Shown: piece after piece, positions 10,095-22,724 of the stretch | How positions within the stretch are numbered: position 1 is the stretch's first letter | Layout of the letters: each line of letters starts with the position of its first letter | Source: an uncultured Actinomycetes bacterium | Lineage (GTDB): Bacteria > Actinomycetota > Thermoleophilia > UBA2241 | Length of the DNA stretch: 64,000 nucleotides | Direction of reading: 5' to 3' | Assembly: GCA_963755025.1 (NCBI GenBank) | Contig: CAVWIH010000028.1 | Coordinates: 64,001-128,000 of the forward strand | Translations under genes and position numbers: made by a program | The notes under the pieces: generated by a model | Database searches by the model: none | The model's input: only the letters and a program-made list of their open reading frames with translations | Told to the model about the DNA's origin: nothing

Positions 10095-10994
10095 TTACAG
10101 CAGCTCGTACTGCGCTTCGAGGAAGTGCAGGAACGCAGCCATGGCCTTTGACACGGCGCGCGTCCGTGAGCGCACGATCGAGAAGTCGCGCAGGATCTGG
10201 AGGTCGGTCACCCGCACCATGGCGAGCGTGCCGTTGCGCAGGTCGGTGCGCACGGCGAACTTGCTCAGGTAGGTGATGCCGGCCCCGGCCATGACGGCGT
10301 GCTTGACCGACTCGTTCAGCCCGAGCTCGAGGAACACGTTGAGCCGGGCCGGGTTCACGCCGCGTTCGCGCAGGGCGGCGTCGACCACCGCGCGCACGCC
10401 GGCGCCGGGCTGCTGCAGGACCACCGGCTCGCGCAGGAGCTCGTCGAAGGCGACCTCGCCGGCGCCGGCCCAGCGGTGCGAAGGGGCGCAGACCACGACG
10501 ATCTCGTCGCGGGCGAAGGGCGCGACGGCGAGCTCGGGACGCCCCGAGACGGCGCCCACCACGCCCAGCTCGAGCTCGCGGCCCACCACGAGGTCGATGA
10601 CCTCGCGGCTGTCGGTCACGCGCAGGCTCAGCTCTATGCCGGGGTGAGCCCGCTTGAAGTCGGTGATCAGGCCCGGCAACAGGTGCTCCCCGGGACCGGT
10701 CGACGCGCCGATCGTCACTCGTCCGCCGGCGAGCTCGCCCAGGTTCATGATCTCGACCCGGGCTTCGTCGTCTAAGTCGATGATCTGGCGGGCGTGGCGG
10801 TAGAGCACCTCGCCCGCGTCGGTCGGGGTGACGTCGCGCCCCGAGCGGTCGAGCAGCTGCACGCCGAGCTCGCGCTCCAGCGAGCGCACCCGCAGGCTGG
10901 CCGCCGGCTGCGTGATGTGCATGTACTCGGCGGCCAGCGAGAAGCTGCGCTGGTCGACGATCTCGCAAAAGAGCCGCAGATGACGGAGGTCCAT
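10095..10994 (-). CDS. LysR-family regulator, CysL-like subfamily
   Basis: HTH SFSLAA..ITQPAAS..VRSLE; IGASTGPGEHLLP; ELGLNESVKHAV..GAG. Confidence 0.9.
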   Translation of the reverse strand: MDLRHLRLFCEIVDQRSFSLAAEYMHITQPAASLRVRSLERELGVQLLDRSGRDVTPTDAGEVLYRHARQIIDLDDEARVEIMNLGELAGGRVTIGASTGPGEHLLPGLITDFKRAHPGIELSLRVTDSREVIDLVVGRELELGVVGAVSGRPELAVAPFARDEIVVVCAPSHRWAGAGEVAFDELLREPVVLQQPGAGVRAVVDAALRERGVNPARLNVFLELGLNESVKHAVMAGAGITYLSKFAVRTDLRNGTLAMVRVTDLQILRDFSIVRSRTRAVSKAMAAFLHFLEAQYELL

Positions 10995-11192
10995 GGCGGC
11001 CATCCTATGCGACCTGCGCGCGTTTCGCGACGGCCGCCGCTACGACGCCGCGACGGCCGACCGCGGCGCGCCGCGATGGCGTCGCGACGGCCGCCGCAGC
11101 GCGTCGCGCGGCAACAGGCGTGACGCCGCGAGGCAGGGGAACGCTGCTAGGAAGCGCCAGACGTGAGCTACGACGACGACCTGGAGGATCCC

Positions 11193-11768
11193 ATGTCCGA
11201 CGAACTGCGCGGCAAGCGCATCGCCATCCTGTTCACCGACGGAGTCGAGCAGGCGGAGCTCATGCAGCCGCTCGACGCGTTGCGCGAAGCGGGCGCCCGG
11301 ATCGACCTGCTCTCGATCCACGACGGCGCTGTGCAGGCCATGAACCACACCGAGAAGGGCGATACGGTGACCGTCGACGCGACGGTCGACCAGGCGAGCG
11401 CCGGCGACTACGAAGGCCTCGTGTTGCCCGGCGGCGTCGCCAACCCCGACAAGCTGCGCATGAACGAGCGCGCCGTCGCCTTCGTACGCGAGTGCTTTGC
11501 CGAGGGTGTGCCGATCGCCGTGATCTGCCACGGTCCCTGGACGATGGTCGAGGCCGGCGTCATCGACGGTCTGACGATCACTTCGTACCCGAGCCTGCGC
11601 ACCGACATACGCAACGCCGGCGGCCACTGGGTCGATCGCGAGACGGTGGTCGACCGTGCGGTCCTGTCGAGCCGTAACCCCGACGACCTGCCGGCGTTCT
11701 GCGCGCAGATGATCCGGCTGTTCGCCCTTGGCCGCAAGCAGAGCGAGCGCGCCAACCTGGCGGCCTAG
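11193..11768 (+). CDS. PfpI/DJ-1 family protein (type 1 glutamine amidotransferase-like)
   Basis: DGVEQAEL, LVLPGGVANPDKLR, ICHGPW, SRNPDDLPAF; GGAGG RBS. Confidence 0.92.
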   Translation: MSDELRGKRIAILFTDGVEQAELMQPLDALREAGARIDLLSIHDGAVQAMNHTEKGDTVTVDATVDQASAGDYEGLVLPGGVANPDKLRMNERAVAFVRECFAEGVPIAVICHGPWTMVEAGVIDGLTITSYPSLRTDIRNAGGHWVDRETVVDRAVLSSRNPDDLPAFCAQMIRLFALGRKQSERANLAA

Positions 11769-11769
11769 C

Positions 11770-12808
11770 TGTAGCGCCTATCCACGTTGTTGACCCTCAG
11801 CAGGCCAAGCGCTGTAGCGGAGTGGCGCCGTCCAGACCGCCATGGGGACGGAAGCCATTGTAGTAGACCAGGTAGCGGTCGAGGGCGGCCAGACGTTCGG
11901 CCTCGTCGCCGTAGGGCCGACGGTAAGCCCAGCCGTTCTGCAAGATCTTGACGAAGGCCTCCGCCTTGCCGTTGGTCTGAGGTCGATAGGGCCTCGTGTA
12001 GAGCTGGCGCAAGTCGGCCGCGGCGGCCGCCGCCCGGAAGGCCCGCGAACGGTAGGGCACACCGTTGTCGGTGAGCAGGCGACGCACCACGATCCCCTGG
12101 GCGGCGTAGAAGGCCAGGGCGCGCTGCAGGAAGGCGGCCGCCGTGGTCCCCAGCGTCTGGCAGCTCCTCGGCATAGGCCAGCCTGGTGGCGTCGTCGACG
12201 GCGACGTGCACGATGTTGTAGCCGAGGCCGCGGTGACGGTCCTTCAGGGCCCGCCCCCCGAAGCGCCAGCCGCCGCCGGGGCCGATGCGGCCCAGCTTCT
12301 TGGTGTCGAGGTGCAACAGGTCGCCGGCTGCCGGCCAGCAGTAGCGCACGACCTCTTCTTTGGGTCGCAACGAGCTCAAGCGATTGAGGCCCACGCGGCG
12401 CAGCACACCATAGACGCTCGGACGCGGCACGCCGGTCAGCCAGCCCAGCCAGTGGGGGCCCACGCGCAGCCGCAGGCGCAGGCGCACGATGCGACGCAGC
12501 ACCTGACCACTGATGCGGCCCGGCGGCCGGTGGCGCGCCGAGGAGCGGTCGGCCAGGCCGACCTCGCCCTCCGCCAGGAAGCGCCGGCGCCACTTGCTGG
12601 CCGTTTGGCGACTGACGCCGGCCGCCGCAGCTGCCGCCTTGACCAGCCAGCCCTGTTGTTCGATCCGTTGGCACAGCAGGAGGCGACCGCAGACGGTGAG
12701 TCGCGCGTTACGATGAGCCATGAGGGCCCTCCTTCGGTTCATGGTCTTGGACAACCACAAACCGACAGGCAGGGCCCTCGCCTGTCAACAACGTAGTCGG
12801 GAGCTACA
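11770..12808 (-). mobile_element. IS481-family insertion sequence, 1039 bp
   Basis: TGT...ACA ends; 25-bp imperfect inverted repeats TGTAGC-N8-ACGTTGTTGAC; 6-bp target duplication CCTAGC at 11764-11769 and 12809-12814. Confidence 0.93.
11797..12721 (-). CDS. IS481 DDE transposase (frameshift near 12155)
   Basis: MAHRNARLT, GDLLHLDTKKLGRI, AVDDATRLAYAE, LTDNG, RPYRPQTNGKAE. Confidence 0.9.
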
Positions 12809-12823
12809 CCTAGCGCAGCGGGG

Positions 12824-14350
12824 TCACTCGGCCGGCGCCGTCGCGAGGTCGTCGGTCGCCCCGGCGTCGGCTTCGTCGGCCGGCGCCGCGCCCGGCAGGG
12901 CGGTGGTCACCGCCGGCAGCGCGCCCGGCGCCAGACGCGTGGCCGTGACCGACGCCAGCGCCATGAACACCCACATGTAGGGGTCTTCGAAGAAGGCGTT
13001 GTACGTGAGGCTGTGGATGAACAGGGCGAGCACGCAGGCGACGAGCGCGGCCTGCCAGAGATAGAGCCGCCGGTCGGCGCCGAAGCGGCGTTTGCGCAGG
13101 GTGGTGGCGAAGAAGGTCACGAGCAGGCCGGCGAAGGCGATCAGGCCGAGCGATCCCTGTTCGGCGGCCACCGTCACCACCGTCGTGTGACTGTCGCGCA
13201 GCGACAGGCTGGCCGCATGCGTCAGGCGGAAGTGGGGGTAGGCCAGCGGAAAGCCGCCCAGGCCGACGCCGCCCACCGGGTAGCGTTCGTACATGAGGAT
13301 GCCGGCGCGCACCAGGTAGAAGCGTCCGCCGGTGAGCTTGTTCCAGCCCCTCGTGCTGTCGAGCTTGGCGCCCAGGTTCTGGGGATGGCGCAGGGCGGTG
13401 ACGCCGGCGACGCCGATCAGCAGGATGAGCACCGTGACGAGCGCCGCGATGGTGCCCTTGCGCCGGCCGAGCCAGGCCATCTCGAGGATGACGCCGCCCA
13501 GCAGCAGGCCCGCCACGCTCGAGCGCGAGAACGTCACGATGAAAGCGATCGCGGCGAGCGCGACCGCAGCGGCCGCGAGGGTCATGGCGCGCCGGCGCCC
13601 TGCGGATGCGTCGCGCAGGCGCGCCGTCAGGAACAGGGCCACCCCGATGAGCATGACGAAGGCCAGGAAGCGGCCGAAGATGTTGGGGTCCCAGAACAGC
13701 GAGTTCGAGCGGAACGTGTGCTGATAGACGAGGTCGTGCTCGATGCCGGCGCGGTTCACGATGACCCAGCGCGTCGGGTACTGCACGATGCCGATCGCCG
13801 CGAGCACCGCGCCGGCGGCGACGAAGGTGACCAGCAAGCGCGACAGCCGGCGGACGTCGGTCGTGTAGCGGTAGAGCACGTAGTAGAGCGCGGCGAACGG
13901 CAGGTAGAAGGCAAAGAGCTTGATGAGCGCGTCGGCGAAGGCCTTGGGGTGGGCGGCGTAGTGCTGCGCCGCCCAGAGCGACGAGACGCCGATGATGGCG
14001 ATCATGACCGCGAGGGCAATGCGCACCGGGTCGGGCCGCCAGTCGTCGGGCAGGCGCAGCCGGTCGCGCACGACCATCTCGGCGAGCACGACGGCCAGCA
14101 GGACGAGGTACAGCGGGATGAGGAGGTTGCTGGTGCTCGAACCGTGGGGCAGTCCCACGCGCAGCGGCGCCAGCACCAGCACGACCGGCATGGCCCAGTC
14201 GGGGTAGCGGAAGGCAAGCCAGGCGAGCGCGGCGACGAACACCGCCACCCCGGCCCCGGCGACGCCCAGCAGGGGCAGGTGGTGAGTCAGCCGGGCGGCC
14301 GTGCCCCCCGTGGAGCGCAGGGCGCCCAGCGAGAAGCCGACGAGCAGCAC
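12824..14350 (-). CDS. O-antigen ligase family membrane protein (frame stays open upstream to about 14480, so the real start may be earlier)
   Basis: SLFWDPNIFG, TFSRSS, GVGLGGF, DSHT, AEQGSLG. Confidence 0.8.
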   Translation of the reverse strand: MLLVGFSLGALRSTGGTAARLTHHLPLLGVAGAGVAVFVAALAWLAFRYPDWAMPVVLVLAPLRVGLPHGSSTSNLLIPLYLVLLAVVLAEMVVRDRLRLPDDWRPDPVRIALAVMIAIIGVSSLWAAQHYAAHPKAFADALIKLFAFYLPFAALYYVLYRYTTDVRRLSRLLVTFVAAGAVLAAIGIVQYPTRWVIVNRAGIEHDLVYQHTFRSNSLFWDPNIFGRFLAFVMLIGVALFLTARLRDASAGRRRAMTLAAAAVALAAIAFIVTFSRSSVAGLLLGGVILEMAWLGRRKGTIAALVTVLILLIGVAGVTALRHPQNLGAKLDSTRGWNKLTGGRFYLVRAGILMYERYPVGGVGLGGFPLAYPHFRLTHAASLSLRDSHTTVVTVAAEQGSLGLIAFAGLLVTFFATTLRKRRFGADRRLYLWQAALVACVLALFIHSLTYNAFFEDPYMWVFMALASVTATRLAPGALPAVTTALPGAAPADEADAGATDDLATAPAE

Positions 14351-14486
14351 GGTGAAGACGACCAGGCCGACGAAGATGAGGCGCCGCGCGAGCGCGCCGC
14401 GAGGGATCCCGACGAAGAGACTGAGGAAGGTGGCGAGCAGGCCGAGCAGGCTCAGCCTGGCGAGAAGGAGGCTGGACAGGGCGGAC

Positions 14487-16559
<2,073 letters not shown>

Positions 16560-16632
16560 GGGGTCTCCCGGCCTTGGTGACCCTGCGGACGGAGCGGCGC
16601 TGCGGCGACTCGCGCCGCGGCCGGCACGACAA

Positions 16633-17676
16633 TCATAGCACCGGCTCCAGAGGGCGATGGAGGCGGCGGCGCGCGACGCTCAGGATCTCGTCGACGAACA
16701 GTTGAGGGTCGCGGCGCTCCGACGACACCGTGTGGCGGCTCTTCTTCTTGACGACCACGTCGTCGGCCGATGCGGCGCGGCCCAGGCGGCCCTCGGCGAG
16801 GAGGCGCTCGTCGACCGCGCCGAGCCTGCCCGCGAACATGGTGTAAGCCGGCGTGCCCAGCGCGACGGCTTCGCGGTTCATGGTGCCGCCCGCGCCGATC
16901 ACGAAGTCGGCGGCGGCGATCAGGCTGAGGCCGTCGATGGCCTTCTCGGGCACGACGACGTTGGCCAGGCCGAGCGTGGAGTAGTGCTCGCGCTGCTCGT
17001 CGGTGCGCGGGATGACCACCAGGGTGACGTTGCGCCTGGCGGCGAGGCCCTCGACCACCTGGTCGAACAGCGGGTTCTCGTGGCGGTGGTAGAGCGTCAC
17101 GTTGGGCGCCGGTCGCAGCACGCCGATCACGCGCCGGGTGTCGAGGCCGAGCTGCTCGAGCACGCTCGCGTCGGGCTGGAAGTCATACAGGTAGTACTCC
17201 TCTTTGAGCCCCGGGTAGCGAAACACTTTCTCTGGTTTTGCCCCGTACGGCGCAAGACGTGCCAGCGGGATCGCTTCGGGCACGACGATCTCGTCGACCA
17301 GGCGCACGTTCAGGTGGTGCGACACGGTCGCGTACTCGTAGTCGAACATGGTGAGCTGCGGGATGCCGAGGGTCCAGGCGGCCACCGCGAGGTCGTTGGA
17401 GTTGTGCCCCACGGCAACGTGGAACCCGGCCGAGCGCGCCTGCGCGATGAGGTGCGCCGAGCGGTTGAACAGGCCCACCGCCTTGGCCGGCAGGCTCTTG
17501 CCGGCGTGCTGGCCGGTGATCACCGCGGCGAGGCCGTAGCGCGACAGGAGCTGCTCGGTCTGGGCGTACTTGCGGGCGGTCAGGGTGACCGTGTGGCCCT
17601 GCGCTTCGAGCCGCCTGATGATGGGCGCGAAGAACAGTACGTGCGGCGAGTTCGTGATGTCGATCCAGACGCGCAA
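16633..17676 (-). CDS. DUF354 family protein (GT-B/epimerase-like)
   Basis: VWIDITNSPHVLFF, YPGLKEEYYL, IGAGGTMNREAVALGTP. Confidence 0.8.
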   Translation of the reverse strand: MRVWIDITNSPHVLFFAPIIRRLEAQGHTVTLTARKYAQTEQLLSRYGLAAVITGQHAGKSLPAKAVGLFNRSAHLIAQARSAGFHVAVGHNSNDLAVAAWTLGIPQLTMFDYEYATVSHHLNVRLVDEIVVPEAIPLARLAPYGAKPEKVFRYPGLKEEYYLYDFQPDASVLEQLGLDTRRVIGVLRPAPNVTLYHRHENPLFDQVVEGLAARRNVTLVVIPRTDEQREHYSTLGLANVVVPEKAIDGLSLIAAADFVIGAGGTMNREAVALGTPAYTMFAGRLGAVDERLLAEGRLGRAASADDVVVKKKSRHTVSSERRDPQLFVDEILSVARRRLHRPLEPVL

Positions 17677-17687
17677 GGCCGGCTCGT

Positions 17688-18788
17688 TCAGGCACTCACC
17701 CCGGCAAGCGCGTGGGCGACTTCGGCGACCTGCTCCTGCGTGAGGTGAGGGTGCATGGGCAGGGCGAGGTTGGTCGCCGCGGCCGCTTCGGTCGCGGGGA
17801 AGTCGCCGGGCTTGTGGCCGAGGAACGCAAGCGCCGGCTGCAGGTGCAGCGGCGTCGTGTAGTAGGCGGCGCAGGCGACGCCGGCGCCCTTGAGGGCGGC
17901 GGCGACTTCGTCGCGCCGCTCGCTGCGCGCCACGTAGAGGTGGTAGACGTGCGTGAGTGCCGGCGGGCACGGCGGGCCGGCGGATGTCGGCGGGCAGCAC
18001 GGCGTCGTACCAGGCGGCGACCTGGGCGCGCCGCGCGTTCCAGTCGTCGATGCGCTTGAGCCCTATGCGCAGCACGGCGGCCTGGATCTCGTCGAGGCGC
18101 GAGTTGAAGCCGATGTAGTCGAAATCCTTCTTGTCGCGGCTGCCGTGGAAGCGCAGCATGCGGGCCATCTCGACGAACTCGGCGATGCGGCCCGTGACAA
18201 GGCCGCCGTCGCCGTAGCCGCCCAGGTTCTTGGTGGGGAAGAAGCTGAAGACGGCGAGATCGCCCAGGCTGCCGGCGCGGCGCCCCTTGTAGCTCGCGCC
18301 GAACGCCTGGCAGGCGTCTTCGACGACCACCAGGCCGTGCTCGCTGGCGACTGCGCTGATGGCGTCGGCGTCGGCCGGCAGGCCGAACAGGTCGACCGGC
18401 ACGATGGCCTTGGTCATGGCGGTGATGGCGCCGGCGATGGCCGCGGGGTCGATGTTCAGGGTCTCGGGGTCGATGTCGACGAAGACCGGGTCGCGCGCCG
18501 GCCTGGACGATCGCCTCGGCGGTCGCGTAGAAGGTGAACGGCGTGGTGATGACCTCGTCGCCCTCGCCGATGCCGGCCGCCTTGAGGGCGATCGTGAGGC
18601 CGTCGGTGCCGTTGCCCACGCCCACCGAGGCGGAGGTCGACAGGTACTCGGTCGACCTCGGCTTCAAAGGCCTTCACGTTGGGCCCCAGAATGAACTGTC
18701 CGTTACGCACGACGGCAAGGACGGCCGCTTCGACCTCGTCCTGCACGTCGGCGATCTGTCCCTTGATGTCCATCAGACCGATCGGCAC
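17688..18788 (-). CDS. DegT/DnrJ/EryC1/StrS PLP sugar aminotransferase (several frameshifts)
   Basis: FILGPNV, VGNGTDGL, TPFTFYAT, EDACQAFGA, FSFFPTKNLGGYGDGG and NSRLDEIQAA spread over several frames. Confidence 0.9.
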
Positions 18789-18909
18789 GTCACACGCCTC
18801 CAGGTAGCCTTCAGTCGCTGCTGCACCGCACGCGGGCGCGCGCGGTCAAGCAATGAACGCTAGCACACGCGTGCGGTCACGACCAACAGACGGCCCGGCG
18901 CGGTGAGGG

Positions 18910-19003
18910 CTGCCGGCGTGCCCCAGGCGACCGCGTGGTCCTCTGCGGTGGAGCCTGCCGGGGCGCCCCAGGCGACCGCGTGGTCCTGTACGGTGGGGCT
19001 GCC
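18910..19003. repeat. Two ~45-bp direct repeats
   Basis: Core GCCCCAGGCGACCGCGTGGTCCT occurs twice in the divergent intergenic region. Confidence 0.6.
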
Positions 19004-19108
19004 CCGGCGCGTCCCGGGCGGCCGCCCGGTCGGTGCGCCGCCGTCGGGCGCGGACGCCGCGCGCGGCCGCGCTCGCGCGTCGGCCCTGTGGTAGTGTACT
19101 GCGACGTT

Positions 19109-19753
19109 ATGCAGCACATCATCGACCCCATCGTCACCTTCTGCACGAGTCTGATCGGTCACTGGGGACTGCCGGCCGTCTTCGTTCTCATGCTTCTCGA
19201 GAGCGCTTGCATCCCTATTCCCAGCGAGGCGATCATGCCGTTCGCGGGCTTCGCCGTGAGCCAGGGCAACCTGAGCCTCGCGGGCATCGTCGTGGCCGGC
19301 GTCGCCGGCAACCTCTTCGGCGCCTGCATCAGCTACGCGGTCGGGTACTACGGCGGCCGGCCGTTCGTCGAGCGCTACGGCCGCTACGTCCTGCTGCGCA
19401 TGCACCACCTCGTATGGGCCGAACGCTTCTTCGCCCGTTACGGGCCGATCACCGTGTTCTTCGCCCGCATGGTGCCGATCGTCTGCACCTTCATCTCGCT
19501 GCCCGCCGGCTTCGGACGCATGCCGTTCTGGAAGTTCGTGGCCTACACGGTGATGGGCTCCACGATCTGGGTGCTGCTCCTCGGTTTCGTCGGCGAGAAG
19601 CTGGGCAGCAACTGGACGAAGATCGAGCCCCTGCTGCATTACCTCGACTACGCCGTGGTCGTGGCCGCGGTCGTGTTCGTCGTCTGGGTCGTCGTGCGCC
19701 GCCGGCGCAGCGGCCGGCCCGACGTGGCCGACGACGCGGCGGGCGAAGCATGA
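19109..19753 (+). CDS. DedA family membrane protein
   Basis: LESACIPIPSEAIMPFAG, YGGRPFVERYG, FARMVP..TFISLPAG. Confidence 0.92.
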   Translation: MQHIIDPIVTFCTSLIGHWGLPAVFVLMLLESACIPIPSEAIMPFAGFAVSQGNLSLAGIVVAGVAGNLFGACISYAVGYYGGRPFVERYGRYVLLRMHHLVWAERFFARYGPITVFFARMVPIVCTFISLPAGFGRMPFWKFVAYTVMGSTIWVLLLGFVGEKLGSNWTKIEPLLHYLDYAVVVAAVVFVVWVVVRRRRSGRPDVADDAAGEA

Positions 19754-21216
19754 GCGCCGTGCACGGCGGCCCCGACGCGCGCTCCGCAAGCCCGTCCGCC
19801 GGGCTTGCGCCCGACGCCGTGCGCGTCTATGCGCCGGCGACCACCGCCAACCTGGGCCCCGGCTTCGACTGCCTGGGGCTTACCATCGACCTGTGGAACG
19901 TGACCACCTTCACGCTCGTCGGCGAGGGCGTCGAGGTGCGTGTGACCGGCGAGGGCAGCGACGTCCTGCCGCACGATGCCGACAACCTGGTGGTGACCGC
20001 CTTCCGCCGGCTCCTCGACGAAGTCGGTGCGCCCATGCCGGCCGGCCTCCTCGTCGAGTGCGAGGTCGCGGTGCCGCTCTCCTCGGGGCTCGGCTCGAGC
20101 GCCACGGCGATCGCCAGCGGCCTGCTCGGCGCCAACGAGCTGCTCGGCCGGCCGGCGAGCGACGCCATCATCCTGGCGCTCGCCACCGAGGTCGAAGGCC
20201 ACCCCGACAACGTCGCGGCGGCCCTGAACGGCGGTCTCGTGGTCGTGGTCAACGGCGAGGAGGGACTGCTCACCGAGCGCATCGAGGTCAAGCCGATCGA
20301 GGTGGCGCTCGCCGTGTCGCAGATCGAGTACTCCACGAGCGCGGCGCGCGCCGAGCTGCCCATGTACGTGGCGCTGGCCGACGCCGTCTACAACATGGGC
20401 CGAGCCGCCCTGGTCGTCGAGGCGCTGCGCCGCGGCGACCTCGAGCTGCTCGGCAAAGCCATGGACGACCGGCTGCATCAGGCGCAGCGCCTCGAGCACA
20501 TGCCCGGCGGGCCCGCGGCCATGGCGGCGGCGCGCAAGGCGGGGGCCGCCGCGGTCGCCGTCTCGGGCTCGGGCCCCAGCCTCATCGCCTTTCCGGCGCC
20601 GGGCGCGGCGGTCGACGACGTCGCCGCCGCCATGGTCGCCGCGCTGGCCCGCGAGGGCGTGCGCTCCCGGCCCTTCACGCTGTCGACGACCGATCGCTGC
20701 GCCACCGCGCGGCCCTGGCCCGTCGCCGGCGCCGCCGGCGTCGAAGCGGCCGTGCGCCGCGCCGCCGTGGGCGCGCCGTCCGCCGGCCGCGCGGCCGCCG
20801 GGTTCGAGCTCACCGACCACACCGCCGACGTCGGTCTGCGCGTCTGGGGGCCGTCCGAGGCCGCCCTGTTCGAGCAGGCCGCGCTGGCCCTGACGGCGCT
20901 CGTCTGCGACCCGGCGACCGTCGAGCCGCGCGAGACCTACACCGTCGTCGCCGAAGCCCAGGAGGGCTCGCCCGACGCCCTCCTCGTCGCGTGGCTGAAC
21001 GAGCTGCTCTATCGCCTCGACACCGACGGCATCGTCTTCTGCGGTTTCTCGATCGAGGGGCTCACCCATCGCTACGTCTCGGCGCGCGTGCGCGGCGAGC
21101 AGTTCGACCGGCAGCGCCACACGTCGCGCCTCGTGGTGAAGGCGGCCACCTATCACGGCCTCTCCGTGCGCCGCCTCGACGACCGCTGGGAGGCGACGCT
21201 CATCCTCGACGTCTGA
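19750..21216 (+). CDS. thrB: Homoserine kinase fused to archease
   Basis: N-terminal PATTANLGPGFD, PLSSGLGSSA, EGHPDN, SGSGPS; C-terminal DHTADVG...VKAATYHGL...LILDV in one uninterrupted frame; ATGA overlap with dedA. Confidence 0.85.
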   Translation: MSAVHGGPDARSASPSAGLAPDAVRVYAPATTANLGPGFDCLGLTIDLWNVTTFTLVGEGVEVRVTGEGSDVLPHDADNLVVTAFRRLLDEVGAPMPAGLLVECEVAVPLSSGLGSSATAIASGLLGANELLGRPASDAIILALATEVEGHPDNVAAALNGGLVVVVNGEEGLLTERIEVKPIEVALAVSQIEYSTSAARAELPMYVALADAVYNMGRAALVVEALRRGDLELLGKAMDDRLHQAQRLEHMPGGPAAMAAARKAGAAAVAVSGSGPSLIAFPAPGAAVDDVAAAMVAALAREGVRSRPFTLSTTDRCATARPWPVAGAAGVEAAVRRAAVGAPSAGRAAAGFELTDHTADVGLRVWGPSEAALFEQAALALTALVCDPATVEPRETYTVVAEAQEGSPDALLVAWLNELLYRLDTDGIVFCGFSIEGLTHRYVSARVRGEQFDRQRHTSRLVVKAATYHGLSVRRLDDRWEATLILDV

Positions 21217-21277
21217 GGGGGCCTGCGCCGGGGCACTACACGAAGCGTCCCGGTAAGCGACCCGGAAGAGGCACCCG

Positions 21278-22724
21278 ATGGCCGGCAGCGCCGCGCACCT
21301 GAACGTCCGCCGCCTCGACGGCTTTGTCTGGCGAGATCCCCCGGCAGGGCGCCATGCTCGTGCCCGGGATCGTCTACACGGGCCCCGAGCTCTTCGACCA
21401 GTCCGGCCACGAAGAGGCCCTGCAACAGGTGGCCAACGTCGCCGCCCTGCCGGGCATCGTGCGGGCCAGCATCGCCATGCCCGACATCCACTGGGGCTAC
21501 GGCTTTCCCATCGGCGGCGTGGCGGCGACCGACGCCCGCGAAGGGTGTCGTCTCGCCGGGCGGCGTGGGCTTCGACATCAACTGCGGCGTGCGACTCGTG
21601 CGCACCGGCCTGCGCCGCGACGACGTGGCGCCGCGCCTCGAGGAGCTGCTCCACCAGTTGCTCAGTCGCGTGCCCACCGGCACCGGGGCGCGCGGCGCCC
21701 TGCGCCTGAGCGCCCGCGAGCTGCGCCGCCTGGTCGAGCAGGGCGTGCCCTTCCTGGCCGGGCGCGGCCTCGCCTCGGCCGACGACCTCGCGCACACCGA
21801 AGAGGGCGGCGCCCTGCCGGGCGCCGACGCCGATGCAGTGAGCCAGAAGGCGCTGCAGCGCGGCCTGGCGCAGGTCGGCAGCCTGGGCGCCGGCAACCAC
21901 TTCCTCGAGATCCAGGTGGTCGACCGGGTCTTCGACGACGCAGCGGCGGCGACGTTCGGGGTCGCCGCCGGTCAGTGGTCGTCATGATCCACTCGGGCTC
22001 GCGGGGCTTCGGCCACCAGGTCTGCACCGACCACCTGGCGAGCATGAACGCCGGCGGCTACGGCTTCGACCTGCCCGACCGCCAGCTGGCCTGCGCCCCG
22101 GTGGACTGCCCGCCGGGCGCGACTACCTGGCGGCCATGGCCGCCGCCAACTTCGGCTTCGCCAACCGGCAGGTGATGATGCACGAGGTGCGGGGCGCCTT
22201 CGAGCGTGTCTTCGGCGGGCCGCACGAACGCTCGGCCTCGAGCTCGTCTACGACGTGGCGCACAACATCGCCAAGCTCGAGAAGCACGCGGTCGACGGCG
22301 GCGCCGCGCGAACGTGCTCGTCCACCGCAAGGGAGCGACCCGCGCCTTCGGCCCCGGCCACCCCGACCTGCCGCCCGGCTACCGCGACGTCGGCCAGCCG
22401 GTCATCATCCCCGGCGACATGGGTCGCGAGAGCTGGCTGCTGGCGGGCACCGCCACCGCCATGAGCGAGACCTTCGGCTCGACCTGCCACGGCGCCGGCC
22501 GCCTCATGTCGCGCGGCGCCGCGCGCAAGGTCAAGAGCGGCGCCGACGTGCGCGACGAGCTCGAGGCGCGGGGCATCGTCGTCAAGGCGGGCTCGACCGC
22601 CCTGCTCGCCGAAGAGGCGCCGCACGCCTACAAAGACGTGGCCCGCGTGGTCGAGATCGTCGAGGCGCTGGGCCTGTCGCGCCGCGTGGCGCGCCTGCGG
22701 CCGCTCGGCGTGCTCAAGGGCTAA
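21278..22724 (+). CDS. rtcB: RtcB 3'-phosphate RNA ligase (several frameshifts)
   Basis: [64 protein letters not shown]. Confidence 0.93.

Noticed and set aside
16633-18417. DegT-DUF354 fusion (594-aa ORF)
   Set aside because: Caused by an indel near 17955; the DegT C-terminus is in another frame and ends at 17688.
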